Shown piece by piece: positions 28,085 to 37,766 of a stretch of 64,000 nucleotides of DNA. How positions within the stretch are numbered: position 1 is the first letter of the stretch; each line of letters begins with the position of its first letter. The stretch comes from Oscillospiraceae bacterium (GTDB lineage Bacteria; Bacillota; Clostridia; Oscillospirales; Acutalibacteraceae), in contig JAISGQ010000001.1 in assembly GCA_031262985.1 (NCBI GenBank), positions 688-64,687 of the forward strand. Reading direction: 5' to 3'. The notes under the pieces are model-generated. The model worked only from the letters and a program-made list of their open reading frames with translations, did not search any database and was not told where the DNA came from. The translations under genes and the position numbers were made by a program.

Positions 28085-28249
28085 CTGAGCCTTGCGTGCA
28101 GCACCTTCGACTCCGACGCGGAGTTTGTGCGGCTGTGATGTCATCCTCGCCGTGCGGTAACGCTGGGTGTGGCACTGCACTTTGTCAGGCGGTTTATTGA
28201 TAATATATAGCGGAGAACTGCTCCTGCGCGTGTCATATATGCGGCACTT
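28085..28249. repeat. direct repeat copy 2 (decayed duplicate of the ROK 3' end)
   Basis: Same sequence as 26946-27109, but TGC has become TGA in the ROK reading frame (gctgtgatg versus gctgtgctg), so this copy is non-coding. Confidence 0.9.
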
Positions 28250-28468
28250 ATCGCTCGGTTTCTACTGCAAGCACGCCGCGATTTCTCCTGCGCGGAGAAG
28301 TCCTGCAGGGGAAGATGAAAAGAAATGACGCCTCCTGTTTTAGCTGCATCAGCAGTTAAAACGGGAGGTGTTGCCTACGAGGAAAAGAAGATAGAAGGAA
28401 ATGCAGAAAAACGCAAAAAAAATGTTGCAATCGGAGCGGAGCAGTGATATAATACTCACAGAAAATGT

Positions 28469-28544
28469 GGGGGCGTAGCTCAGCTGGGAGAGCGCTGCGT
28501 TCGCAACGCAGAGGTCGAGAGTTCGATCCTCTTCGTCTCCACCA
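28469..28544 (+). tRNA. tRNA-Ala (CGC), CCA encoded
   Basis: Cloverleaf folded by hand. The anticodon loop is TTCGCAA and the G3:U70 identity pair is present. Confidence 0.85.
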
Positions 28545-28568
28545 TGCGGACGGCGAAAGCCGTCCGCA
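28545..28568 (+). terminator. hairpin directly after tRNA-Ala
   Basis: tgcggacggc-gaaa-gccgtccgca, a perfect 10-bp stem with a GAAA loop. No strong T-tract follows. Confidence 0.4.
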
Positions 28569-28799
28569 ATTAAGTTTTGCCCTATCGAATAGATTAAGTA
28601 TCTTTCAGAAATGAAGTTCGATTCGCAGTATTGAGGCAAACTTAACTTTACTTTTTAACGAAGTTAAAACACTTCACTAATTTGCGAAAGCAAATTTACT
28701 TCATTTCGTGCAACGCACGATACTTCACTAAAAACACATCGTTTTCATCATATCCTGCTCATTTATTGAAATTTTCAACCGCTTAGGGCAAATTAACTA

Positions 28800-28828
28800 T
28801 TGCATTTCACTTCCTTTTGTGGTATTAT
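28800..28828 (+). promoter_or_regulatory. promoter of tRNA-Arg
   Basis: TTGCAT (28800-28805), a 17-nt spacer, and an extended -10 TGgTATTAT (TATTAT at 28823-28828). It lies about 20 nt upstream of the tRNA 5' end. Confidence 0.5.
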
Positions 28829-28848
28829 CTTTTGGCAGTTAAATAAAT

Positions 28849-28925
28849 GCGCTGTTAGCTCAGCTGGATAGAGTGTTTGGCTACGAACCAAAAGGTCAGG
28901 GGTTCGAATCCCTTACAGCGCGCCA
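28849..28925 (+). tRNA. tRNA-Arg (ACG), CCA encoded; prophage integration target
   Basis: Cloverleaf folded by hand, anticodon loop CTACGAA. Its 3' 52 nt plus 6 nt downstream are duplicated at 59059-59116. Confidence 0.85.
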
Positions 28926-28931
28926 GAAAAA
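28874..28931. repeat. attL core (58 bp, within and just past tRNA-Arg)
   Basis: tgtttggctacgaaccaaaaggtcaggggttcgaatcccttacagcgcgccagaaaaa, identical to 59059-59116. Confidence 0.9.
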
Positions 28932-29148
28932 TAACCGTAAAAACGCTTGTTTAATGCCGTTTCTACGGTTATTTTATTTATTTGTAAAACTTTAATTCTT
29001 TCGTCATTTCGCCTAAAATCGCTGTAATTCGCAGTAATTGCGTTACAACTGCGTTACATAGTCAAGATGCACCCGTGCATCAGAGCGAAGTCGACGAAGG
29101 CACTCATTTTTTAAGGAGGCAGAGCAATGAAGCCCTGCCGCCTACAAT

Positions 29149-29556
29149 TTATTCTGCTGTATCCTCTTTCTCCCGTATCTGCTCGAGCACTTCCATGAGC
29201 TTTTTCGGGATAGGCAGTCCGCTCCTGGCGCAGTTTTCCAGTATGCTTATCCCCTCATTGGCTACAAGGAAAGCAATCACCAGCGTGCGTAGTGAGCCGC
29301 CGAGGTTGGTAGCCTCGTCCACTATGTGAGCTACCGCCACTATGGCAAAGTAGAGGATTTTCTTGAGTATGCCCACAAATCCCGAGCGGGATGAGAGTGC
29401 CTTGTTGACCACCGCCGCGACAATGCCTGTTGCGTAGTCGATAATCACGAAGGCAATCAGCGCGTACAGCCACATATCCGCGCCGCCGAATAGGAAGGTG
29501 CAGAGGGAGGCGAGGAGGGCGGCAGCTCCCTTACAGAAATTTATGTGGTCGCTCAT
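29149..29556 (-). CDS. phage holin (holin_4/TcdE-like family)
   Basis: 135 aa with 3 TM segments. The motif IIDYATGIVAA is typical of this holin family. It lies directly downstream of the endolysin with a 4-nt overlap. Confidence 0.7.
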   Translation of the reverse strand: MSDHINFCKGAAALLASLCTFLFGGADMWLYALIAFVIIDYATGIVAAVVNKALSSRSGFVGILKKILYFAIVAVAHIVDEATNLGGSLRTLVIAFLVANEGISILENCARSGLPIPKKLMEVLEQIREKEDTAE

Positions 29557-30260
29557 TTTGCCACCGCCTTTTGAAGTGCGGAGCGTGTAGCCGGACCTAC
29601 GCTTCCGTCAACCTCTAACTTCTGCGCCTTCTGAAACGCCTTGACCGCCGCGAGCGTCTTGCTGCCGAACTTGCCGTCCACCGCCAAATCTTTGTAGGTG
29701 AGCTGCTTCAAGTGCCACTGCACCCACTTAACTGAGTTTCCACTCGTACCCTGCTTTACTGCCTTTGTCGGCGCGGCATACGGGCATTTCGGCTTAGAGG
29801 TACTGCCGCCGCTTGCGCTCGGAGCTTTCCCGCCGAACGTAGACACCGTCTTGTAACTCCCGCTCGTCTTGTCGTAGAAGTGCTTAGGACTTCGCAAATC
29901 CACGTGGACGAACGTCTTGTAGAGGATAATGCCCGTGAATCCGCACGTCTCCGCCAGCTTTGCCGTCTCCTTTGGAGTGCGCCCCTTGATGTTAATATCA
30001 GCCGCAGAACCCGTCATGTGGTTGGAGTTTGTAGACGCGCCGTCCACCTCCGCGTTGTGCTTCTTGCAGCGGTAGCCGCTTCCCGTGACGTTGATTGACA
30101 CGTTCCCAGCAAGCTTTCGGAGCTGCTCGAGTTTGTCAATGAGCTTGCTCTCAATTTTTGTGGTAGAACAGCAACCTTTGCCCTTGCAGTCGAACTCCGT
30201 TGACTTGAAATTCGCACTCAGCTTAGTTGTAACGCCTCGTTTGTATGTTTTTTCTGCCAT
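29553..30260 (-). CDS. endolysin: peptidase M15 (zinc D-Ala-D-Ala carboxypeptidase-like) + PG_binding_1 domain
   Basis: Zinc-ligand pattern SGYRCKKHN...HMTGSAADI...HVD. The C-terminal motif is LAVDGKFGSKTLAAVKAFQKAQKLEVDGSVGPAT. Confidence 0.75.
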   Translation of the reverse strand: MAEKTYKRGVTTKLSANFKSTEFDCKGKGCCSTTKIESKLIDKLEQLRKLAGNVSINVTGSGYRCKKHNAEVDGASTNSNHMTGSAADINIKGRTPKETAKLAETCGFTGIILYKTFVHVDLRSPKHFYDKTSGSYKTVSTFGGKAPSASGGSTSKPKCPYAAPTKAVKQGTSGNSVKWVQWHLKQLTYKDLAVDGKFGSKTLAAVKAFQKAQKLEVDGSVGPATRSALQKAVAK

Positions 30261-30289
30261 GATTTATGCCTCCTTATGTAATATTTTAT

Positions 30290-31513
30290 CTATACGACCA
30301 GTTTTCTGTAAGGACTTGTAGTCCTGTTCGGCAATGCCGCTTTCCAAGTGGATGCCGCTGTGCCGAGAAGCAATATGCCCGTGCCATTGTTGCTCGTTTT
30401 GGTGTTGAGTAATTGTGCTAACGAGTATGCGCCTATTGGATTTGGTGAGCCCCCTACGTTCAGTGTATTTAAACCGTAACACTCGTGCAGAAACGTGTGA
30501 GATATAGATATAAGGCTTGTCAAGGCACTTATATCTACATATGTCAGGTTATGGCATTGCTGTAGAAAACCTACGCCAATAGTTTGCAGTTTGGAAAACG
30601 CGCTTAAATCTATGCTTTGTAGGGCATAGCAACTAATCATAGCGTATTGCCCTATGGCAATCACATTCGTAAATGCGCTCAAATCCACATCGGTTATGGC
30701 GTAACACCCGCCCATGAAATTATCTCCGATAGAGGTAACATTTGTAAAACCGCTCAAATCCACATCGGACAGACCTGTGCAATTGCTGAGAAAATTGTGT
30801 CCAATAGAGGTGACATTTGTAAGCGCGCTCAAATCTGCATTTTTTAAGGAGTAACAGTAAGATAAGCAATAATTGTCAATAGAAGTGATACCGCTGCTGT
30901 CCTTGGCACAACTAAACGCTATTATCTGATGGCTGTATACCGTGCCATACCATAGATTTCCGTTGCTTGAAAACGTAGGTAAGCTGTTGCTGAGTATATA
31001 CCCGTAATCATTGCCGAAGGTCGTAAGCTGGCTGTGGGGAGTTCTGAAATTTTTTGCATATAGAATTATATGGCTTGCCGCGTTTACCGTACTGCCGATA
31101 TAGTAAATCCCCGCGTCAAACACGCGCGATTGCCCGTTTTTTGCAGCAGTAATCGTAAACGGCTTGATGAAATCGCTCCTAACGCTGTCGGTAATGGTTA
31201 ATGTGACATCTCTTGTTCCGTTTCCGCTTATCGTGCCGTAGTTGCCGACACTGCTGAGCGTGAGCGTGTAGCTGTCACTGTGGTATTGGTAAATTTTCCT
31301 ACGAGGAGTGTTGCCGGAGGGGTCATAATTTCCGATAACATACCTTATGCCCGTGAATACACCACCCTGAGAGCCGCCACCCGTGCCGCCCGTAGGGATA
31401 GCTCGTATTTTAGCTCCGTAGTCGGCAACGGGAATCAGCTCAGAGCTGCCATCCTTCTCGCGTATGGCGTCCGCGACGTCCTGCACCATGTCGGTTAGAG
31501 TGTTGTATGCCAT
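30290..31513 (-). CDS. tail-fibre-module protein with BspA-type leucine-rich repeats
   Basis: The C-terminal half contains at least 5 units of about 23 aa of the form DLSxFTNVTSIGxxFxxxCxxL. Confidence 0.55.
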   Translation of the reverse strand: MAYNTLTDMVQDVADAIREKDGSSELIPVADYGAKIRAIPTGGTGGGSQGGVFTGIRYVIGNYDPSGNTPRRKIYQYHSDSYTLTLSSVGNYGTISGNGTRDVTLTITDSVRSDFIKPFTITAAKNGQSRVFDAGIYYIGSTVNAASHIILYAKNFRTPHSQLTTFGNDYGYILSNSLPTFSSNGNLWYGTVYSHQIIAFSCAKDSSGITSIDNYCLSYCYSLKNADLSALTNVTSIGHNFLSNCTGLSDVDLSGFTNVTSIGDNFMGGCYAITDVDLSAFTNVIAIGQYAMISCYALQSIDLSAFSKLQTIGVGFLQQCHNLTYVDISALTSLISISHTFLHECYGLNTLNVGGSPNPIGAYSLAQLLNTKTSNNGTGILLLGTAASTWKAALPNRTTSPYRKLVV

Positions 31514-32199
31514 TAATAACTACCTCCTAATACCTGCCCTATCGCCGTCTGTATTGATAGCGCGATAGCGGCTTGCGTCATTGTTCCGTCTGTGTTCGCC
31601 CCTGCGGCGGAATAGAGCTTCATAACTCCCTTTGCTGTCGGCGTAGCGTCCTGTACCATGAGCGGTTCGTATGTCCAGTCTATCGCCGTGCCGTCGGCAT
31701 TAACTTTGCCGTATGCCGTACCACTCTTTCCCGCGTCCTGAGCGAGGTCAACAAAGGAGCTTGTAACTTTAAGCATATACTGGTCGTTCGGGTCATATGG
31801 TGCAGATAGAGGCTGATTATCTGCCACTTTCCACGCAAGAGTATTATCAGTGTCATACAGTGTGTTGGTATTAAAATCAAAATAATTCTGTGTCGCTGAC
31901 GCAGGAGCGGGCATAACCGTGCCGATGTTAGTTTTTCCGAACCAAACTCCCTCTAAAAGGTGTAGAGAATCGCCCGAACCCGCCGCTTCTTGCAATACAC
32001 CTATAGCGGTAGTGTTTGCGGCGATGTTGGTTGCGTTCGTGCCGATAGCTGTGGTGTTTGCCGTGATTTGCTCCTGCAAGGCAGTGTCGGCAGTAGTGCG
32101 GTCGGTGATTTCTCCGTTAACCGCCGCCTGCGCCGCAGAGGCTACTTGCACTGTCGGGATGCGTAATAATGCGTTAAACTCCGGCACGTAGTGGCGCAT
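31513..32199 (-). CDS. tail fibre protein (coiled-coil/heptad N-terminal part)
   Basis: The repeat ITANTTAIGTNATNIAANTTAIG is typical of fibre shafts. Position in the tail module supports the call. Confidence 0.45.
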   Translation of the reverse strand: MRHYVPEFNALLRIPTVQVASAAQAAVNGEITDRTTADTALQEQITANTTAIGTNATNIAANTTAIGVLQEAAGSGDSLHLLEGVWFGKTNIGTVMPAPASATQNYFDFNTNTLYDTDNTLAWKVADNQPLSAPYDPNDQYMLKVTSSFVDLAQDAGKSGTAYGKVNADGTAIDWTYEPLMVQDATPTAKGVMKLYSAAGANTDGTMTQAAIALSIQTAIGQVLGGSY

Positions 32200-32307
32200 T
32201 CGTGCGTACCTACGGGTCTGTTTCCTTATGCCATTTTTGCATTAGATATAGCCTCCATAATTTGCCTGCTGTTTTTTTATTTTGGGACTTGATTTTTATT
32301 AGCAGGT

Positions 32308-34659
32308 TTAATCTACTGGAAATGAATAGTCGAGCGGAATCCACACATTGGATGAAGTTGCTATCCCTACGCCGCCGCTCTCGAGTCTCCCAAAGGTAAC
32401 TGCACCATCTGTCCTCACTCTGCCTAAATATCCGCTGTAGCTACTCGAGTGTCCGTTAATGTCAACCTCTATTGTTGGTCTGAAACCTTCGGGCAATATA
32501 AACATAGGGTAATCCGTGGTGCTTGCCGCGATAGTATTGGTAGCCGTGCAAGCTCCCGTAACATATACTGTATTGCCGATTTTTCTGTAACGAGGAGCGG
32601 TAGTGTCGCTGTATGCCTCAAAATTATTTTGAAACTCCGTGACCTCAATCCATCCTGTATCTTGCTGACTTTGGAACACGCTCCACGCCGTCCATGCGGT
32701 ATTGATATATACCCTTGTGTAGATGGCATTTCCGTCCCCAAACGCCGTGAATCGCTGAATAAGGTTGCCTCCTGCGGCGGCTAATACTTCGAGCAGTCCC
32801 GCTCCTGCGCCTGCTGGAGCGTTATCTGATGCGGTTTGAGCGGTGTATAGGTGGATTCCCGTATCGTTAATGTTGTCGAAATCTTCGCCGTCTACCGTTC
32901 TCACATAGCCCATAACATTGTAGCCGTTCATCCCGACATCGCCTGTCACGTCCCATGCGCGTGTGGGAGCGGGATTGAATACGCCCCAAAATTCTTGACG
33001 TTCGCCGTCTACGTATTTTCTGAGATACCTTAAAGTGGGAATTCCGCGCGGCAGAGTTGCAGTTACGGTGTTGCTCGAAAGCTTATCCGATATGGTAAAC
33101 TGGATATTATACGTAAAATCAGCGTCAAAGCTTGCGAAACCATCACTATTAAAGGTAATCTTCGTGTCGGTAACGGTAATATCCTCGGCAGGGATAGAGG
33201 TGTAATCGCTGTAGTTTTCCTCATTGTTTTTTTTGCATCGGTATTGAAGTGATACAAGCCCATTTTTGTTCACGTCTGCAATGAGGATTTCGGAGATATT
33301 GGCACTGATTTCAGCCTGTGTAAGAGCGTCAACTCCGTTCGCACGGCGGATTGCGTAGGAATCAATCCATATGTCTACATATGCGGACACCTCGACATTT
33401 TGCGTCAGTACTGCGGAATAGCCCCTGCTATCTGTGACCGTGACCGTTATAACCTGTGTACCGCTTTTGGATATGCTCCCCATATCAATAGTAGTGCCGC
33501 TCCCGCTCTTTGACACATCCGCGCATACAGATGAGTAAGAGACGATGCTTGCTCCATTTTGAGCGGTAGCCTCGTCACATACGATTGTGAGCGACGAATA
33601 ATTTTGTACGAGCTTTGAACTGTCTCCCGTAATACCTAAGGTAGTCGCGTTGGTGTCAGAAAACGAGAATCCGCTGAATAACGGCGCGGAGTTTGCCGCC
33701 GTGGTCTGAACCGTACATGGAAATGTAAACGGGCCTCCCATAGAGCTGCTGCCGTTGAGGGTCTGCAGCGACAATGTCGCGGTAAACGATTTCACCGAGG
33801 ACATAGCGGCAAGAAGCGCGGTTCTCTGCGCGGCAGTCAATGTTATTGTTCGCGTGGCTGTTCCTGCGCTCCAGCTTATACCGGAGATTGTGAATATAAC
33901 TGAGTTGCCGTTCATGACGCTCAAATTATGCGTATAGGAGGCGTTCATTACGGTGGTGTTGAGCGTGATTGTCACCGTGGAATTATCCGCTGTGATTGTG
34001 TCCGCGCTGTTTATTACTGTGCCGCCAAGTGTTTTTACCAAGAAAGCGGCAGACTGCCCCTCCACTTGATTGCTTTTTTTCCGCGCCTTAACTTTAACAG
34101 TGTATTGCGTGTTAGATGATAACCCCGTGATGGTGTACGACTTCGCTGTGCCCTCCGTTGAATCAAACAAAGTCCACGTGCTGCCGTTGTCGGTGCTGTA
34201 ATACCACCTGTCACAAGTAGTTGAGGAACTTGCAGAAACTACTATGCTTGACACGGTGACGCTCGAATAAGTCATGGAGACAGTCGGCGCGGTTCGGTCT
34301 ATGTTAGTCAGTGCCATACTGCCGCCGTACTCGCTTGCCGTCCCGTAGTAGACGGCGGTCGAAAAGCCGATAGAAACTGTTTTCTTGCCGTCCGTGTTAT
34401 GCGTAACATTTATAGTGCCTGATATGCTGCCTTTTTTCGCGGGAAATACTTCCGTGTCCCACGATGTAGCACCTTTGTTGTAAACCGTAGTGCCATTGAT
34501 GGTTACTTTCGTGGGAGCGATGCTGTAAAAATTTGAACTTCCTCCCGTTGATGTGAGTGTCCACGAGAGGGCGGATGTATTGCTTGCGGAGTTTACTTTT
34601 TCCGTTACAACAAGTTGTAGGTATCGTCCTTGGTATGTATTACTCTTGTATGTTGCCAT
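32308..34659 (-). CDS. tail receptor-binding/host-specificity protein (DUF859-like N-terminus, FN3-like domain)
   Basis: 783 aa and Ser/Thr-rich. It has an FN3-like segment (APTVSMTYSSVTVSSIVVSASS...YTITGLSSNTQYTVKVKA). It lies downstream of the tail-associated lysin. Confidence 0.5.
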   Translation of the reverse strand: MATYKSNTYQGRYLQLVVTEKVNSASNTSALSWTLTSTGGSSNFYSIAPTKVTINGTTVYNKGATSWDTEVFPAKKGSISGTINVTHNTDGKKTVSIGFSTAVYYGTASEYGGSMALTNIDRTAPTVSMTYSSVTVSSIVVSASSSTTCDRWYYSTDNGSTWTLFDSTEGTAKSYTITGLSSNTQYTVKVKARKKSNQVEGQSAAFLVKTLGGTVINSADTITADNSTVTITLNTTVMNASYTHNLSVMNGNSVIFTISGISWSAGTATRTITLTAAQRTALLAAMSSVKSFTATLSLQTLNGSSSMGGPFTFPCTVQTTAANSAPLFSGFSFSDTNATTLGITGDSSKLVQNYSSLTIVCDEATAQNGASIVSYSSVCADVSKSGSGTTIDMGSISKSGTQVITVTVTDSRGYSAVLTQNVEVSAYVDIWIDSYAIRRANGVDALTQAEISANISEILIADVNKNGLVSLQYRCKKNNEENYSDYTSIPAEDITVTDTKITFNSDGFASFDADFTYNIQFTISDKLSSNTVTATLPRGIPTLRYLRKYVDGERQEFWGVFNPAPTRAWDVTGDVGMNGYNVMGYVRTVDGEDFDNINDTGIHLYTAQTASDNAPAGAGAGLLEVLAAAGGNLIQRFTAFGDGNAIYTRVYINTAWTAWSVFQSQQDTGWIEVTEFQNNFEAYSDTTAPRYRKIGNTVYVTGACTATNTIAASTTDYPMFILPEGFRPTIEVDINGHSSSYSGYLGRVRTDGAVTFGRLESGGVGIATSSNVWIPLDYSFPVD

Positions 34660-34671
34660 TTATCCGCCTCC

Positions 34672-37056
34672 TTAATCAAGCACTACTATATCTACAATAT
34701 AATCTATCCCCTCGCTTGGAGCGTCTTGCGGGATGAATTTCAGTTTACCTACCGTTAGATTCTCTTTGATTTCTGTTTCTGTGAGAGTAGTTTTTCTTTC
34801 AGCTACAGTCAAAACCTTTTCCTCGCGATTATATACGGCAAATCCCTCGTGATTCATGACCGTTCTGTTGTCGCTGTCAGGATTTTCTACCGACACTCCG
34901 TTTCGGTCGATTTTTGTTTGCTCTGTGTATATCTCGTCCGGCGCGGGTGTCCATCCTTGCGCCTCAGAACCCTCGGAGAGCATAATATCCGCTATAGAGA
35001 GATAATCTCCCGTAGTGTATATTTCGAGTTGTACTACACCATCTTGCAGTTCGGGAATGGCTATGTTAAAATCTGTCCACCCGAAGGTTGTAGAGGATGC
35101 GTCAAACAAATACGCCTCAGCCGTGCCGTTGTAGGTGAGCTTGCAATATGCACGTGTTGTGCTTGACTTGTACACTTTCGCGGAGAGATTGTAGGTGTGA
35201 CCTACTACCATGCTGTCAATCAGCTGTGTGAGTGTCGCGCCGCCCGAGAGACGGAAACATGAATCTGAAACAGTGGCGTTTTTCGTGTCCTCGCTCTGCT
35301 GTGCGTCAACTATCCCTGTGGCTGTCCAGTCGTTTGATACTCCGTTCAGTCCGCTTGAGTTTCTGACAAAGTTTACGCCGCCCATGTACGAATCGGTAAA
35401 ACGCGCCGTAAGTCCGTTGACAGAAGCGGTTAAATCTGTTATATGCTGCCGGAGTACGTCAAGCTCTCCGCTCCCGTCATCGTTTGTAAGATACTGCGAT
35501 ATTTGAGATATAGCGGCTTGGATTAATCCTTCGGCGGCGGTAAATGACTGGTCAAGTACTCCGTCCGTGTAGGCTTGGGATATAGCGAAGGTGGTTATGC
35601 TGTCAGCCGCTATGAGAGAGCCGTTCAAAATCCCTGTTGTTATAAAATCGGCGACTATTTGCCCGTCCATAGTTATTGCAGTGCCGTAATCTCCGTTGTA
35701 GCCAGTGGTCGAGTGACCTAATCCGCCCGAGTTGAAACGCCATACATCAACAGCCTCCGCGATTGAGGGCGTATCGAGTATAAGGATCTCTTGGGGGTTA
35801 TTTGGAGGATTGAGAACGACATAGCCGCCGTTCTGCCCTGTGATTAAGTTTGTTGCGTTGGTTATTGCGTCGGCAATTTGTTTTGTGACATTTGACAATC
35901 CTTTTGAAACGGTTTTTTCAATATTTGAGACTGCGCTTTCTTGCTTTAGTATCGTATTGGCAAAATTGCTCTTTGCGTCACCTAACTCAATGCTCACATA
36001 TCGCTCCCTCACGCTGTCGTAAACTGTTTTTATTACTTTGGCAGTCGCGTCAATGCCTAATTTTGTAAAACGCACCGTTACAGTGTCGCACAAGCTAACT
36101 CGCTCGAGGGGAGCGATAGTTTTGTACTCCTCTGTCTGCCACAGTTGCACAAAAGAGGCAGTTATGCTCACCTTCGGCACTCCAAGATTAGAGGTGGCAG
36201 CGTATGAGGTCGCTTTTGTCCGCAGGGTGTCGGCGGTAATATCCTCGCCCTCCGCGAAAAGGTCGGTTAAGTTAGCAATATAAGCCCTGTTGTGTCCTAT
36301 ATCCTCCGTATCGGTAAGCGGCAACACCATCTCAGGGAGCGAGATAACCTCCTCTGTATCTACAGTGTTTCCGCTGTCGTCTGTTGATTGTGTCGTTTTG
36401 ACTGCGTAAGGCATAATGTGCGTGTAGCACTCCGATATATTTTTTTCCTGCTTTGCGTCTGTTAGATTTTTGCCGTATGCAATAACAACTCCCGTTTCCG
36501 TCCCTCGGTGTTGATGTAGTTTGATGGTGTAGTTATCAAATTCGTACTCCCCTCCCCAAACATCAAGCACCGAGCCTGTTTGTCCTCCGAGTATGGAGCG
36601 TAACGAGCATGGGGTGATGATGTTCGTCCCGTTGGTAGTAGCAATATCACTCCACGCGACAAACGGACTTTCAAGTCCCGCCTCCGAGATGGCTTGTGTG
36701 ATCGCCATTTGAGCTGTTGACCCCGTTATAGATAGTCCTAATGTCGGGATTCCGTTAGCGTCGTAGCTGATATGTTCCGCCGAAAATGTTACAATTCCCG
36801 CTATCGGCTTACTGTCGCCGTATATGCGGAATAGCTGTAAGTCGCTTGTTTCATTTGCTTTCGCTCGGATGATAGAGCCTGTAGTAATGTCCTCGTAATG
36901 CTGTCCGCTTATTGGGTATTGCATTAAGAGTTCGTACTCGCCGTTTCGCTCCTCGGTTACTTTGCACTCTATAATATCAGATAGAAATCCTATTCCGTTT
37001 CCCGAAAAATCAGTAGTATCCTTGCTGTATAAAATCGGAATCACAAACAGCACCAC
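34672..37056 (-). CDS. tail-associated lysin / prophage tail endopeptidase (Tal)
   Basis: The N-terminus IPILYSKDTTDFSGNGIGFLSD matches the 'phage minor structural protein, N-terminal region' pattern. It follows Dit and overlaps it. Confidence 0.65.
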   Translation of the reverse strand: MVLFVIPILYSKDTTDFSGNGIGFLSDIIECKVTEERNGEYELLMQYPISGQHYEDITTGSIIRAKANETSDLQLFRIYGDSKPIAGIVTFSAEHISYDANGIPTLGLSITGSTAQMAITQAISEAGLESPFVAWSDIATTNGTNIITPCSLRSILGGQTGSVLDVWGGEYEFDNYTIKLHQHRGTETGVVIAYGKNLTDAKQEKNISECYTHIMPYAVKTTQSTDDSGNTVDTEEVISLPEMVLPLTDTEDIGHNRAYIANLTDLFAEGEDITADTLRTKATSYAATSNLGVPKVSITASFVQLWQTEEYKTIAPLERVSLCDTVTVRFTKLGIDATAKVIKTVYDSVRERYVSIELGDAKSNFANTILKQESAVSNIEKTVSKGLSNVTKQIADAITNATNLITGQNGGYVVLNPPNNPQEILILDTPSIAEAVDVWRFNSGGLGHSTTGYNGDYGTAITMDGQIVADFITTGILNGSLIAADSITTFAISQAYTDGVLDQSFTAAEGLIQAAISQISQYLTNDDGSGELDVLRQHITDLTASVNGLTARFTDSYMGGVNFVRNSSGLNGVSNDWTATGIVDAQQSEDTKNATVSDSCFRLSGGATLTQLIDSMVVGHTYNLSAKVYKSSTTRAYCKLTYNGTAEAYLFDASSTTFGWTDFNIAIPELQDGVVQLEIYTTGDYLSIADIMLSEGSEAQGWTPAPDEIYTEQTKIDRNGVSVENPDSDNRTVMNHEGFAVYNREEKVLTVAERKTTLTETEIKENLTVGKLKFIPQDAPSEGIDYIVDIVVLD

Positions 37057-37766
37057 CTCGGCACAATTTCAATACTCTCGACATTGCCTACCCATGCTAT
37101 AGGGTTATCGCCCGATGCAAATTTTGGGAAATTAGGAGTGTGCATATTGTTATTTTGATTTACTATCCCTTTATACGCAATCATAGCCTCAGAATCAAGC
37201 TCTATGTACTCGTCAACACCCGAAAACAGATACGACCCCGCTCCGACCGTGAGTGTAATATCGCCGCTCCCTGTGATTTTGATATACGGATACGAGGTAA
37301 ACTGTTCCGCGTTCTGTATAGTATCGGGTTCTGAGAGCGTTATTGTGTTCTGTCCGTCAAAAGAGTATCTAAACGGTTTGCAATTAAACGACAGTGATGT
37401 GTTCCCGATTTGTCGAAGCTCCTGCTCTATCTCCGTTCCGTCGCTATAGGCGGCGTATCGGAAGTGGTCAGTATCGTAGCTATCATAGAGCCTAAAATAT
37501 CCAGATTCGGACAACAACCAATTTTTTATATTGTAGGCAAGTTCAGTAAAATTTTGCTCGCCGCTTGCGATAGCTGACATACCATACGTTATGGTTATGT
37601 TATTAAATCGCCCGTTATCTATAATAAGGTCGCCGCTTCTTCCGGGGATATTTTGAAAAATCATATCTCTCGAAGGAGCGTTAAATGAGTTTTTATTGGC
37701 AATGTACAGCCCTAAATCGAGAGAGGAAGTGTCCTTAAACGACAGCCACGGCAATGTGTCCATCAT
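37041..37766 (-). CDS. distal tail protein (Dit)
   Basis: 241 aa, located between the tape measure and Tal. It has a Sipho_tail-like N-terminus (LPWLSFKDTSSLDLGLYI). Confidence 0.6.
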   Translation of the reverse strand: MMDTLPWLSFKDTSSLDLGLYIANKNSFNAPSRDMIFQNIPGRSGDLIIDNGRFNNITITYGMSAIASGEQNFTELAYNIKNWLLSESGYFRLYDSYDTDHFRYAAYSDGTEIEQELRQIGNTSLSFNCKPFRYSFDGQNTITLSEPDTIQNAEQFTSYPYIKITGSGDITLTVGAGSYLFSGVDEYIELDSEAMIAYKGIVNQNNNMHTPNFPKFASGDNPIAWVGNVESIEIVPRWCCL

